Below are positions 30,078 through 40,820 of a stretch of 64,000 nt of DNA, one piece after another. The notes under the pieces were generated by a model. It had not been told where the DNA came from. It saw nothing but the letters and a program-made list of their open reading frames with translations, and made no database searches. Each line of letters opens with the position of its first letter. The stretch's first letter is position 1. Origin of the DNA: an uncultured Clostridia bacterium (GTDB lineage Bacteria; Bacillota; Clostridia; TANB77; CAG-508); contig CAKOYQ010000001.1 of the NCBI GenBank assembly GCA_934130935.1, positions 95,979 through 159,978 on the forward strand, written 5' to 3'. Position numbers and translations under genes: made by a program.

Positions 30078-30800
30078 ATGTCCACACCACACAATGAAGC
30101 AAACTTAGGCGATATAGCTAAAACAGTTATAATGCCAGGAGATCCACTTCGTGCAAAATATATTGCTGAAAATTTTTTAGATGACTATAAATTAGTAAAT
30201 TCTGTAAGAGGAATTTATACTTATACAGGTAAATATAAAGGTAAAGAAATAACAGTTATGGCTTCAGGCATGGGGATGCCAAGTATGGGAATTTACTCTT
30301 ATGAACTATATAAATTTTATGAAGTAGAAAACATTATACGCATTGGCTCTTGTGGTTCTTATAAACCAACATTAAAACTATTTGATATTATTCTTGCTGA
30401 AAAAACTTTTTCTGAAAGTAATTTTGCTCTAACATTGAATAATGATGATTGTCATATTGTAAGCAGTGATTCCGAATTAAATTCTAAAATAATTGATACC
30501 GCTCAAAATAACAACATTAATATATTTTCTGGAAATACTGTATGTACAGATTGTTTTGATTTGTATATGACTGATGTTAATCAATTTTTGGCAAGAGTTC
30601 CTGATGGTTTTAATCCTGTTAGTGCCGAAATGGAAGCTTTTGCTCTATTTTATGTTGCTAAACTGCTAAATAAAAAAGCAGCTTGTTTAATGAGTGTTGT
30701 TGATTCAAAATATATAAAAGAAATTGCTACTCCAGAAGAACGCCAAACTGGCCTTAACAATATGATAAAACTTGCACTTGATTCAAGCTTAAAACTATAA
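30078..30800 (+). CDS. deoD: purine nucleoside phosphorylase DeoD-type
   Basis: MSTPHNEANLGDIAKTVIMPGDPLRAKYIAE...GMGMPS is the PNP family 1 signature. The real start is the ATG at 30078 after AAGGAGGTG. The ORF-track N-terminal extension is non-coding. Confidence 0.9.
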   Translation: MSTPHNEANLGDIAKTVIMPGDPLRAKYIAENFLDDYKLVNSVRGIYTYTGKYKGKEITVMASGMGMPSMGIYSYELYKFYEVENIIRIGSCGSYKPTLKLFDIILAEKTFSESNFALTLNNDDCHIVSSDSELNSKIIDTAQNNNINIFSGNTVCTDCFDLYMTDVNQFLARVPDGFNPVSAEMEAFALFYVAKLLNKKAACLMSVVDSKYIKEIATPEERQTGLNNMIKLALDSSLKL

Positions 30801-30806
30801 TTCACC

Positions 30807-30847
30807 TAAAAAGACGGTGTTATACATATCTAACTCCGTCTCTTTTT
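30807..30847. terminator. bidirectional terminator between convergent deoD and argS
   Basis: aaaaagacgg-tgttatacatatctaact-ccgtcttttt. Confidence 0.65.
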
Positions 30848-30856
30848 ATTCTATTT

Positions 30857-32566
30857 TTACATTCTCTCTGGCATTTCAATTCCTAACAATCCTGCTCCTA
30901 TACTTAAAATTTTCCCAACTGAATAAGTTAAATATACACGAGCATCTTGAAGTTCCTTATCTTCATTTATAATTTTATTTTCATTATAAAAATTACTATA
31001 TGCTTTTGCCACATCAATTAAATACCTTGACAAAATTGATGGTTCGTTTTTATCTGTAACTTGAACTAAAACATCCTCAAAATCATAAATTAATTTTAAT
31101 AGTTTGATTGAATATTCATCTTGTAATAGTTTTGAGTCGACTGTTGAAACCTGAGGCACCCCTCCAGCTTTTTCAATAACACTCTTAGTACGTACATAAG
31201 TATATTGAATATATGGTCCTGTTTCTCCTTGGAAATTTAAAATTGTATCCCAATCAAATATTTCATCTTTAACTCTATTATTTGCTAAATCATTAAATAT
31301 TACAGCACCAACTCCAACTCTTTTTGCTACCTCATCTTTATTTTCAAGTTCAGGGTTTTTCTGCTCAATTATCAATTTTGCTCTTGATATTGCTTCATTA
31401 AGTAAATCAAGTAATTTTACACTTGTTCCTTCCCTTGTTGACATCTTTCCTGTTGGTAATAACACCATCCCAAATGAAACATGTTCTAATACATTTGTAT
31501 ATTTCTCGTCTAGTCCAAGAAACTTAGCAACTTCAAATATTTGTTTAAAATGCAAAACTTGTTCATATGATGTAACATATAGTGCTTTGTCAAAATCATA
31601 AGTTCTTGCCCTATACATAATCGCAGCCAAATCTCTTGTTGCATATGTTGATGAACCATTGCTCTTTTCTATTATACATGGTGTATTAATTCCTTTGTCT
31701 TCTAAATCTACGATTTTTGCCCCTTCAGACTCTATTAGTTTCCCACTTTTTTCTAAGATTTCTACAATCTCTGACATCTTGTCTGAATAAAATGCCTCTC
31801 CATTCCAAGAATCAAATTTACTTCCTAATAAATCATATACTTTTTGAAATTCTTTTAAACTTAGTTCTCTAAATTTTTGCCAAAGTTCCACACAGTAAGG
31901 ATCTCCATCCTCAAGCTTTTTGAAATTATTCCTACAATTTTCTAAAATTTGTTCATCTTCTTTACATGCTTGATTAATTCTTATATAAATTTTAGTTAAT
32001 TCATCTATTGGATTTTCTTCAATATTATATTCATTTCCCCACAATTTATATCCTTCAATTAATTTTCCAAATTGTGTTCCATAATCGCCTAAGTGGTTTA
32101 TTCCTGTTACATTATATCCTAAATATTTATATATTTTATATAATGCTGCACCTATTACAGTTGAGCGTAAATGTCCAATATGAAATGGTTTAGCAATATT
32201 AGGAGCAGAATAATCTATTACTATGTTCTTTCCATTTCCTATTGCTGATTTACCATATTCTTCAGCATTAGCCATTTCTTGCAAAACCTCTTTTGCTAAT
32301 AGTTCTTTATTTACAAAAAAGTTTAAATATCCACCTACAACTTCTACTTTTGTTATTTGGTTTTCATTTATTTGAATATTTTCTTTTATTTCTGTAGCAA
32401 TAGCTTGTGGGGCTTTTTTTAATGTTTTTGCCAATCTAAAACATGGGAACGCATAATCTCCATTTTCAGTCCCTTTTGGCTTTTCTATTGATTTTTTTAT
32501 TTCATCTTGATTTATACTTACAACTTTTGATATTTCATTTGCTATTATACTTTTAAAATCTATCAT
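30857..32566 (-). CDS. argS: arginine--tRNA ligase
   Basis: 569 aa class I aaRS with HIGH-type PFHIGHLRSTVIG, an N-terminal Arg_tRNA_synt_N add-on domain and a DALR-like C-terminus. Confidence 0.9.
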   Translation of the reverse strand: MIDFKSIIANEISKVVSINQDEIKKSIEKPKGTENGDYAFPCFRLAKTLKKAPQAIATEIKENIQINENQITKVEVVGGYLNFFVNKELLAKEVLQEMANAEEYGKSAIGNGKNIVIDYSAPNIAKPFHIGHLRSTVIGAALYKIYKYLGYNVTGINHLGDYGTQFGKLIEGYKLWGNEYNIEENPIDELTKIYIRINQACKEDEQILENCRNNFKKLEDGDPYCVELWQKFRELSLKEFQKVYDLLGSKFDSWNGEAFYSDKMSEIVEILEKSGKLIESEGAKIVDLEDKGINTPCIIEKSNGSSTYATRDLAAIMYRARTYDFDKALYVTSYEQVLHFKQIFEVAKFLGLDEKYTNVLEHVSFGMVLLPTGKMSTREGTSVKLLDLLNEAISRAKLIIEQKNPELENKDEVAKRVGVGAVIFNDLANNRVKDEIFDWDTILNFQGETGPYIQYTYVRTKSVIEKAGGVPQVSTVDSKLLQDEYSIKLLKLIYDFEDVLVQVTDKNEPSILSRYLIDVAKAYSNFYNENKIINEDKELQDARVYLTYSVGKILSIGAGLLGIEMPERM

Positions 32567-32581
32567 TACTTCATCTCCCTT

Positions 32582-33964
32582 TTATAATTTTGAAACTTCA
32601 ACCCCCTCTTTGGTATCTTTAACATTATATCCTTTTTCTATAATTAAATCTCTTAATCTATCAGATTCAGCCCAATTCTTCTCACTTCTTGCAACTTTTC
32701 TTTGCTCTACTAAATCTAAAACTTCTTGTGGAATTTGTTGTTCTTCTTTCTTTTCAGCTATTTTTATTCCTAAAACAGTATCAAATTTCTCTAATAATTG
32801 TGCTATTTTAGGCGATTTTTCTGGATATTTTACAGCTTCCCAAACAACACTCATTGCAAGTGGCATATTTAAATCATCATTTATAGCTTGATGAAATCTA
32901 TTTTCCATATCATTTATTACATCTTCTGATACTATATCAGTTCCATTTAAATGTTTTTGATATCCTTCTCTTAAACGATTTAAAGATGTTGATGCAGATT
33001 CTATTCCATCCCAAGTAAAATTTAGTTTTCCTTTATAATGGCATGAAAAATTAAATAATCTATATACTAATGGATCATATCCTCTATTTATAATATCATC
33101 TACAAGATATACATTACCTAAGCTTTTTGACATCTTTCCACCATTTATTAATAGATATTCTCCATGCATCCAGTAATGTGCTGGTATTTTACCACATGCC
33201 CCTTTACTTTGAGCAATTTCATTTTCATGATGTGTTGGTATTAAATCTATTCCACCTGTATGTATATCAAATACCTCTCCTAAGTATTTAGTACTCATTG
33301 CTGAACATTCAATATGCCATCCTGGATAACTTGGTCCCCATGGACTATCCCATTTCATTAAATGATTTTCTGGTGCTTTTATCCATAATGCAAAATCATA
33401 TGGATTTCTTTTTTCAGGATCAACTTCTACTCTTGCTCCTGCTTTTTGCTCTCTAAGATTTATTCCAGATAATATTCCATATTCATCTAGTTTTGATACA
33501 TCAAAATATATTGCAGTAGAAGTCTCATATGCATAGCCTCTTTCCATTATTTTTTCAACCATTTCTAACATTTCTTTTATATGTTCTGTTGCTTTACATA
33601 CTATTTCTGGTGTTTCTATATTTAATCTTTCTAAATCCTTGAAAAACAATTTAGTATAATGTTCTGCAATTTCAATCGGACTTTTGTGCTCTTCTCTTGC
33701 TGATTTTAACATTTTGTCTTCACCTTCATCTCCGTCTGAAACAAGGTGTCCAACATCTGTAATATTCATTACATGTTTTAACTCATATCCATTATATCTT
33801 AATACACGCCTTAATGTGTCTTGAAATAAGTTTGTTCTCATATTTCCTATTGTTGCATCTTTATATACAGTAGGTCCACATGAATATATTTTTGCCTTTC
33901 CTGATTCTATTGATTTAAATAGTTCTTTATTTTTGGTTAAAGTATTATAAAAATATATATCCAT
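32582..33964 (-). CDS. cysS: cysteine--tRNA ligase
   Basis: 460 aa with CGPTVYKDATIGNMRT, the zinc ligands (CxxxH...H) and KMSKS. Confidence 0.9.
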   Translation of the reverse strand: MDIYFYNTLTKNKELFKSIESGKAKIYSCGPTVYKDATIGNMRTNLFQDTLRRVLRYNGYELKHVMNITDVGHLVSDGDEGEDKMLKSAREEHKSPIEIAEHYTKLFFKDLERLNIETPEIVCKATEHIKEMLEMVEKIMERGYAYETSTAIYFDVSKLDEYGILSGINLREQKAGARVEVDPEKRNPYDFALWIKAPENHLMKWDSPWGPSYPGWHIECSAMSTKYLGEVFDIHTGGIDLIPTHHENEIAQSKGACGKIPAHYWMHGEYLLINGGKMSKSLGNVYLVDDIINRGYDPLVYRLFNFSCHYKGKLNFTWDGIESASTSLNRLREGYQKHLNGTDIVSEDVINDMENRFHQAINDDLNMPLAMSVVWEAVKYPEKSPKIAQLLEKFDTVLGIKIAEKKEEQQIPQEVLDLVEQRKVARSEKNWAESDRLRDLIIEKGYNVKDTKEGVEVSKL

Positions 33965-34029
33965 TTATTTTTTCCCCCTTAATTAGGATAAAGAAAAGGT
34001 GGCAAAGCTACTTAGCCACTTTTTCTTTT

Positions 34030-36654
34030 TTATTGATTATTTGTCGTATTATCTGTTGTACTTCCTCCTGTTTCTGTGTTTCCAGTGTCTCCAGAACTAG
34101 GTTTTTCTGGTTCCTCAGTTGGCCCTGTATCTGGTTTTGTAGGTTCTTCTGTTCCACTATTATTAGGTTTCTCTGGTTCTGTATTAACATTTGGTTGTTC
34201 TGTTGGAGTTTCTGGAACTGTTGGTTGTGTAACTACTTCTGCAGCTTTTTTATGTATTGTACAATATTCTGTTGGTGCTGTTCCCATAGTAGTTCCAATA
34301 CCATGTGTTGTCCATAATCCTAATCTTTCTTTTTCTACAACATAATTAGCAGATTTTCTCTCTTTTGACGGACAAAATTCATTTGCTAATCGACCTGATT
34401 CCCTACATATTGTATATTGATTTTGATGTGCATCACACTCTTCTGGTAAATGTCCATCAACAAATATTTCATCATATGTACTTGAACATTTATTAGTTGC
34501 TATTCTACCACTTGTTCTACATATTGTCGCATGTACTATTTTGTCTGGAACTTTAAATGTTGAATTTTCTAATCCTTTATGAATTTCCGACATTATTCCC
34601 GAAAATAACAGTCCTGCTGGATTTGTTCCAGAAAAGTTAATTCTTTGAGGATCATCAAATCCATACCATGCTGCACAAGCATAATAATTTGTAAATCCAC
34701 ATAACCATCTATCTTTTGAAGAGTTCGTTGTTCCTGTCTTTGCTGCCACATCAATTCCATTGATAGCACAATATTTAGCAGTACCTGCATATCCATCAGC
34801 ACCATTTATAACAGATTGCATTAAGTTTTTAATAATATATGCTGTTTCTGCTGAACATACTGTTTCCGTTTTTTGTTTTGGTTCTAACACTACTTTTCCA
34901 TCAGAATCTTCTACTTTAGTATAGAATGTTGGTTCAATGTAATTTCCATCATTTGCAACAGCTGCATATGCTGCAGCCATTTCTAATGGACTTACTCCAT
35001 ATGTCATTCCACCTATTGCTAATGATAAGTTTTCATCATTATGGTCCTTATTTTCACTTGCATGCACAAGTGATGAAATTCCCATTTTTTCCATATATTC
35101 TATTGACTTTTGTGGTGTTAATTCTGCCATAACTTTAAGGAATGGTATATTTTGAGATGTTGTTACAGCTGTTCTTATTGTCCTTAACCCTGTGAATCCA
35201 TTGTAGTTTTCTGGCTCATAATCTTTTCCAAATGTTGTCTTTAAATCTGCATAAATTGTTGCTGGTGTTATTATTCCTTCTTCTATTCCAGGCAACACAT
35301 CTGCTAATGGCTTTATAGATGACCCTGTTTGTCTTTTTGAATTTATTCTGTTTAATCCTCTTGAAGTTGTCTTCTCTCTTAATTGACCTACTGCTCCAAC
35401 TACTTTTCCTGTTGATGGTTCTATAACTACTGCTGCACCTTCTGCTAGAATTGATGCTCCGTTTTCATCTTTTATTACTTTTCCATTTTTATCTTTTAGT
35501 TCTAATTTGTATTTACCTTTTTGTACTTCTGCTTCCATAGCCTTTTGTATTGATGATACCTGTGTTGAATATATTTTTAGGCCACTTGTTTGTAAATATG
35601 TTTCTGCTGCATCTTTTGATATTTGTTTTTCTTCCATTATTTGTTGAGTTAATTGTGTTATCAATGCATCTGTGTGTGAAGAATATACATTTCCTCTAAC
35701 ACCATTTTCAAATTTAAACCCTGCTTCAACTTCAGCTACAGCATTATCATATTCTTCTTGATTTATATAATTAAATTTCTTCATTTGTGATAACACTGTT
35801 TTTGTTCTTTTAGAAATTTTTTCTGTTACATCATTTCCTGAATATGGATTATATGCATTAGGAGAATGATTTATTCCTGCTAAAAATGCACATTGAGCTA
35901 TACTTAAATCTTTAGCTGTTTTATTAAAATAATACTCTGATCCAATTTCAACTCCGTGTTTTTCGCTTCCGCCATTTCCTACATATATTAAATTCAAATA
36001 TAATTCTATTATCTGGTCTTTTGACATTACTTTTTCTATTTGATATGCTTTTGACCATTCCTTTAACTTTCTAACAACACCTGCTGCACCACTTGATGCT
36101 TTTTCTTGGGTTACATTTTTTACAACTTGTTGTGTTATTGTACTTCCACCACCAGCTGTTGATTTTCCACCATGTGTTACAAATGAAAGCACTGCTGCTC
36201 CTGTTCTTTTTATATCTACACCATGATGTTGCTCAAATCTTTCATCTTCTATTGATATATATGCTTTTGGTAAATATGGAGACATCTCTTCAAGTGTTAT
36301 TATTTTTCTACTTTCATCTCCATTTAATTCTGCCAGAACTTCTTTATCTGTATCCATTATCATGGAATTCTCTTTCATTATCAATTCTGACATGTCTATT
36401 GAAAAATCTTCCCCATAAAGTCCATATATTAGTCCTACTGCAACACCTGCTCCTATTACTATTAAAATCACAAAAATAATTAAAATTATTTTCAAAAATA
36501 ATGCTAGTTTTGGATGTTTGTATTTTAATTTCATTTTAGTGTCTTTTCTTTTAGCTTTTGCGTCTTTATTTCCTCTTTTTTCTACTGTTTTATTTCTTGT
36601 TTTTCTATTTTTATATGTTCCATTATTTGTTGATTTTTTTCTTTTTTTCCCCAT
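34030..36654 (-). CDS. class A penicillin-binding protein (PBP1A-type transglycosylase/transpeptidase)
   Basis: 874 aa with an N-terminal basic tail and TM. It has the GT51 motifs (EDERFEQHHGVD, RKxxE) and the transpeptidase SxxK (SGSSIKP). The C-terminus is a Pro/Thr/Glu-rich low-complexity tail. Confidence 0.85.
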   Translation of the reverse strand: MGKKRKKSTNNGTYKNRKTRNKTVEKRGNKDAKAKRKDTKMKLKYKHPKLALFLKIILIIFVILIVIGAGVAVGLIYGLYGEDFSIDMSELIMKENSMIMDTDKEVLAELNGDESRKIITLEEMSPYLPKAYISIEDERFEQHHGVDIKRTGAAVLSFVTHGGKSTAGGGSTITQQVVKNVTQEKASSGAAGVVRKLKEWSKAYQIEKVMSKDQIIELYLNLIYVGNGGSEKHGVEIGSEYYFNKTAKDLSIAQCAFLAGINHSPNAYNPYSGNDVTEKISKRTKTVLSQMKKFNYINQEEYDNAVAEVEAGFKFENGVRGNVYSSHTDALITQLTQQIMEEKQISKDAAETYLQTSGLKIYSTQVSSIQKAMEAEVQKGKYKLELKDKNGKVIKDENGASILAEGAAVVIEPSTGKVVGAVGQLREKTTSRGLNRINSKRQTGSSIKPLADVLPGIEEGIITPATIYADLKTTFGKDYEPENYNGFTGLRTIRTAVTTSQNIPFLKVMAELTPQKSIEYMEKMGISSLVHASENKDHNDENLSLAIGGMTYGVSPLEMAAAYAAVANDGNYIEPTFYTKVEDSDGKVVLEPKQKTETVCSAETAYIIKNLMQSVINGADGYAGTAKYCAINGIDVAAKTGTTNSSKDRWLCGFTNYYACAAWYGFDDPQRINFSGTNPAGLLFSGIMSEIHKGLENSTFKVPDKIVHATICRTSGRIATNKCSSTYDEIFVDGHLPEECDAHQNQYTICRESGRLANEFCPSKERKSANYVVEKERLGLWTTHGIGTTMGTAPTEYCTIHKKAAEVVTQPTVPETPTEQPNVNTEPEKPNNSGTEEPTKPDTGPTEEPEKPSSGDTGNTETGGSTTDNTTNNQ

Positions 36655-36748
36655 TTTTTTATCCTCCCTTTTGGCATAAAATGGATTTTATAATTTTTTT
36701 AAACATTTGACAACATTATAATACATTTTCTAAAAAAAGAAAAGCTTT

Positions 36749-37585
36749 TTAAGAAAATCTTTCGATTTTTCCATTCACTCCAAATACCTCTTTTATTGAA
36801 ATTTTATTTTTTGATATCTTATTACGTATATTATTAAAACTGTCTTTCATATACATAATTGCTTCAAGTAAATCTTTATTTTTAAATTTCTTTGCATTCT
36901 CTCTCCAAACGATTTCTTCTTTTCCAACCTCTATTTCATAATCATTTATATTTATTCCATTAAAACGTTTTGATTCTATTTTCATATTTCCTTCCAAATT
37001 TATAATTATTGCTTTTTCATTTATTTTATATCTATTTAATACTTCTTTATTAAAATCTAAATTTAGTATTATTCGTGGCCTTAACAAACTTTTTTTCTGA
37101 TTGTTGGATATAACTATCAAAACTCCATATTTTTCATATATTTCTTTTTCTATCTTTTTCAATTTTTCTATATGATTTGTTACAACTGTTAATCTTCTAT
37201 ATTGTGTTGCTAGTGTTCTTATTATCTCTATACTGATATCTGTAATTTCATTTGTCGTTATTGCAAATTCAATTTCTTCCTTTTTTAACCCTATTTGTTT
37301 TATTACATAATCTAATATTTCAAATACTAAATATTTTTCTAGCCATCTTCCATCAAATATGTCTATACCACTTGAATTTATGGCATTTATTAAATCTCTA
37401 TTTTCGCACAATTCTTTACTTAAAACAACATTTGTTGTTCCATTTTTTATTAGTTTTTTTATAACTTTTATTATATTTCTTTCCTTTTCTAAATTTGCAT
37501 ATATTTTAAAATTATCTTTTTCTATTTTCATTTTGTATAAATGAAACCTATGCTTATCCAATTTTTCTATATAAAATGTCTTCAT
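36749..37585 (-). CDS. hypothetical protein
   Basis: 278-aa ORF with good coding periodicity and no motif I can assign. It lies between the PBP1A gene and the GH18 gene. Confidence 0.35.
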   Translation of the reverse strand: MKTFYIEKLDKHRFHLYKMKIEKDNFKIYANLEKERNIIKVIKKLIKNGTTNVVLSKELCENRDLINAINSSGIDIFDGRWLEKYLVFEILDYVIKQIGLKKEEIEFAITTNEITDISIEIIRTLATQYRRLTVVTNHIEKLKKIEKEIYEKYGVLIVISNNQKKSLLRPRIILNLDFNKEVLNRYKINEKAIIINLEGNMKIESKRFNGININDYEIEVGKEEIVWRENAKKFKNKDLLEAIMYMKDSFNNIRNKISKNKISIKEVFGVNGKIERFS

Positions 37586-37726
37586 CTTTCACATCATTCC
37601 TTCCTGGTTGTAATTAATTTTTAATTCTTACTTCTATATTAATGTGTATTCTATATAAAATAAATTTATGCCACTGCAAATACAAAAAATGAGTTTACCT
37701 CATATAACAGTAAACTCATTTTTGTA

Positions 37727-39409
37727 TTATTTAGAAAGTTCATCTTTAATTATAGTCCAAACATTAGACGTCTCCATATCTTTTCTCCAACAAGAAGTTC
37801 CTCCTAATTTATATTTAGTAACTAATGCAACTTTTTCCTTAATTGAAGTTCCATCTTCTATCCACATTTTAATAGTATTTTTTCCAGATGCATATTCTAT
37901 ATAATATTGTTTTAGTGTATCATCCCATTGTTTTTCAACATTGTTTGGTATTTTAACATTCATCATATTAACAACTGATCTATCTTTAATCTCGCCATTT
38001 GCATCTATTGTCCACTGTCTAGTATAAAATGGCATTCCTAAAATTATTTTTTCTGTATCTACTTCATCATAGTCTATTATTTTCTTTAAACTTGTTTCAA
38101 CCCAGTTCAAACCTGCTGTTGTGCCTGGTTTTGTGCTTGAGGTTCCATATTGATCATAAGCCATAAATACTAAATAGTCTGCTACATTTCCTAAAACACC
38201 TCTATCAAAACATAATGACCAATTAGGGTCTCCATCTGGTGCTGTTACATCTACAGATGTAACTAATTTCATTTCTAACATTCGTGGCACTAACTCTATT
38301 ATAAACCTTGAATATTTGTCTTTATCAGCTTCATATATATTTTCAAAATCAACATTTATTCCATCTATGTCATATTGTGCACATTTGTCAACAATACTTT
38401 CTATTAATTCTTGTCTTTTTGTATAGCTATTTAAGATTGTTGATGTTATCTTTATTCCAGCTTCTGCATTTGATATCATTGGCCATACTTTATATCCGTT
38501 TGAATGTGCCCATTTTATGTATGAAAGACCTGCATCTCCAACATTATCTTTTAAAGTTCCATCACTTTTATCTAAGTAGAAAAATGATGGTGAAACTACA
38601 TTCACTCCATCAACTACCTGACCTGTTCTATCAGGTGCTTTAACATATTGTGAATAATAATCCCAAAACATATTGATTTTTGTTGTAATTTGTTTTGTCT
38701 TATTTTCTGCTTCTCTAACTGTTGTAATATTTTCTAGTTTATTTGCTTTAATATAGCCTATCTTTCCGTTCTGTGTTCTTACTTTAATCCAGCCATTTTT
38801 TTCAGTTTCATCACTATTGCCAACTACAATAACAGATTCTCCTTTTTGAAGTTTACTAATCGTCTTTGAAAAAATTTTTCCTGTACTCTTTACAGATACT
38901 TTTGATTTTATGTCTGCTTTTATTTGTTCTCTATTTAAGGAATCAACTATTATTATTTTAGTATCTTCTATATTATTTATTTCAATATTATATACATCTA
39001 TCATTTCAGATAATGGTAAATATATAACATCATTTTCTTTAATTGCATGTGCTGATATTTTTTTGGTAGCTCCATTTAATGTTAATTTGTTTGATTCAAA
39101 TCCTATGCTTGCAATTTTGTCTTCATATGTTGTAACAACCTCTTGTATCTCGTCTTCTACATAGATATATTTATCAAAAAAATTTTTCATATCATCTTTT
39201 GATACATAAATAATTCCATTTTCTATTTTTACTTCATTTTTTAGTCGTGATGTTACATTATTATTATTTATTACTAAATTTACAGTTTCATCTGTTTTCT
39301 CTTTTATAAAAATTTCCGCTTTTATAAATATAAATACAGCAACAAGTATTATTGCCACTAATATCAATATTTTTTTCATTTTATTACTATTTTTATTTAG
39401 TTCTTTCAT
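37727..39409 (-). CDS. glycoside hydrolase family 18 protein (YaaH/SleL/YdhD-like peptidoglycan or chitin hydrolase) with N-terminal membrane anchor and SH3b-like/wall-binding domains
   Basis: 560 aa. The GH18 catalytic region is YDIDGINVDFENI (DxxDxDxE), followed by a C-terminal (beta/alpha)8 barrel. N-terminal wall-binding-like repeats precede it. Confidence 0.6.
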   Translation of the reverse strand: MKELNKNSNKMKKILILVAIILVAVFIFIKAEIFIKEKTDETVNLVINNNNVTSRLKNEVKIENGIIYVSKDDMKNFFDKYIYVEDEIQEVVTTYEDKIASIGFESNKLTLNGATKKISAHAIKENDVIYLPLSEMIDVYNIEINNIEDTKIIIVDSLNREQIKADIKSKVSVKSTGKIFSKTISKLQKGESVIVVGNSDETEKNGWIKVRTQNGKIGYIKANKLENITTVREAENKTKQITTKINMFWDYYSQYVKAPDRTGQVVDGVNVVSPSFFYLDKSDGTLKDNVGDAGLSYIKWAHSNGYKVWPMISNAEAGIKITSTILNSYTKRQELIESIVDKCAQYDIDGINVDFENIYEADKDKYSRFIIELVPRMLEMKLVTSVDVTAPDGDPNWSLCFDRGVLGNVADYLVFMAYDQYGTSSTKPGTTAGLNWVETSLKKIIDYDEVDTEKIILGMPFYTRQWTIDANGEIKDRSVVNMMNVKIPNNVEKQWDDTLKQYYIEYASGKNTIKMWIEDGTSIKEKVALVTKYKLGGTSCWRKDMETSNVWTIIKDELSK

Positions 39410-39489
39410 TTGTTTTCTCCTTGCTTTTTTGTTTATTATATTATATTAAACAAAAAATAGCAATAAAAATCTTGCTATTTTTTTGTTAT

Positions 39490-40146
39490 TTACATTTTTC
39501 TAAATACACCTGCAACTTTTCCCAATATTTGACAATTTGGCACTATTATTGGGTCCATTGTGTGGTTTTCTGGTTGTAAACGTATATAATCTTTTTCCTT
39601 ATAAAATGTCTTAACTGTTGCTTCATCTCCTATTAATGCTACAACTATTTCTCCATTATTTGCATTATTTTGTTTTTTTACAAGAATATAATCTCCATCT
39701 AATATTCCAGCTTCTATCATACTTTCTCCTCTTACTGTCAACATAAAGCTTTCACTGTTTCCAACAAAATCTATTGGAATTGGAAATGTATCTGTTACAT
39801 TCTCCACAGCCAATATTGGTTGTCCTGCTGTTATTTTTCCTATAATCGGAACATCAACTAATTCTTTTTCAGCATAAAAATTTTTATTTGATTTTTTTAT
39901 TGTTTGCCCATTGCTACCTTTTATTACTTTTAAAGTTCTACCCTTTTTTCCTTCTTTTTTTATAAATCCTTGTTTTTCTAACTTAGACAAATATGCATGT
40001 ACTGTAGCTGTTGAACTTAATCCTATTGCTTTTCCAATCTCTCTTACAGATGGTGGATATCCGTTTTCCATAACTTGATCTTCTATAAATTTTAGTATTG
40101 CTTTTTCTTTTCTAGTTGTTTCCGCTCTATTTCCCATTTCTCTCAC
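39490..40146 (-). CDS. lexA: LexA repressor
   Basis: 218 aa. The winged-HTH is [32 protein letters not shown] and the S24 autopeptidase has Ser in GESM and Lys in TVKTFYK. Confidence 0.88.
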   Translation of the reverse strand: MREMGNRAETTRKEKAILKFIEDQVMENGYPPSVREIGKAIGLSSTATVHAYLSKLEKQGFIKKEGKKGRTLKVIKGSNGQTIKKSNKNFYAEKELVDVPIIGKITAGQPILAVENVTDTFPIPIDFVGNSESFMLTVRGESMIEAGILDGDYILVKKQNNANNGEIVVALIGDEATVKTFYKEKDYIRLQPENHTMDPIIVPNCQILGKVAGVFRKM

Positions 40147-40160
40147 TTCTCCTTTTCTAA

Positions 40161-40215
40161 TTTGACATCATCATATCATAAGGAAAAAGAAATGTCAAAC
40201 AAATTTTTGACATTT
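40161..40215 (-). promoter_or_regulatory. lexA promoter (TTGACA-17-TATGAT) with a perfect 10-bp inverted repeat AAATGTCAAA-N6-TTTGACATTT over the -35 and a third TTTGACAT half-site at the transcription start
   Basis: Read directly from the sequence. The -35 is at 40193-40198 and the -10 at 40170-40175 on the minus strand. The palindrome spans 40190-40215 and the extra half-site 40161-40168. Confidence 0.5.
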
Positions 40216-40221
40216 CTTTTA

Positions 40222-40698
40222 TTATTTTTTTATTTTTCTTATTTCATATTTAATTACTCCTGCTGGTGCATCAACCTCTACTGTTGCTCCTTTTTTTGCG
40301 CCTAAAAGTGCTCTTCCTATTGGGGATTCATTTGATATCTTATTTTCAGCTAAATTTACTTCAGTAGAACCTACTATAGTATATTCTACTTCCTCATCAA
40401 ATTCAACATCATATAATGTAACAGTATTTCCAATTTGTACTGTTTTTGTATCTATTTCTTTTTCATCTATAATTTTTGCATATCTAACTTTGTTTTCTAA
40501 TTCTGCTATTTTATTTTCATTTTCTGCTTGTGCATTTTTTGCTTCATCATACTCTGAATTTTCAGATAAATCTCCAAATCCTAATGCTACTTTTATTCTT
40601 TCAGCTATTTCAGCTCTTTTTTCTGTTCTTAAATATTCTAATTCTTTTTCTATTTTGTCAAATCCTTCTTGTGTTAATATTACTTCTTTTTCTTCCAT
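40222..40698 (-). CDS. greA: transcription elongation factor GreA
   Basis: It has an N-terminal coiled coil and a C-terminal FKBP-like domain, typical of GreA. The start at 40698 follows GAAAGGAAAG. Confidence 0.9.
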   Translation of the reverse strand: MEEKEVILTQEGFDKIEKELEYLRTEKRAEIAERIKVALGFGDLSENSEYDEAKNAQAENENKIAELENKVRYAKIIDEKEIDTKTVQIGNTVTLYDVEFDEEVEYTIVGSTEVNLAENKISNESPIGRALLGAKKGATVEVDAPAGVIKYEIRKIKK

Positions 40699-40820
40699 AA
40701 TAATCACTTTCCTTTCTCAAGTCAAAACAGTATATACGCATAAAGAGCGACTTTTATAGGTCGCCTTTATAATTAACATCTAGTATGATACTCTACTTTC
40801 TTTATTTTGTCAAGTTTTTT

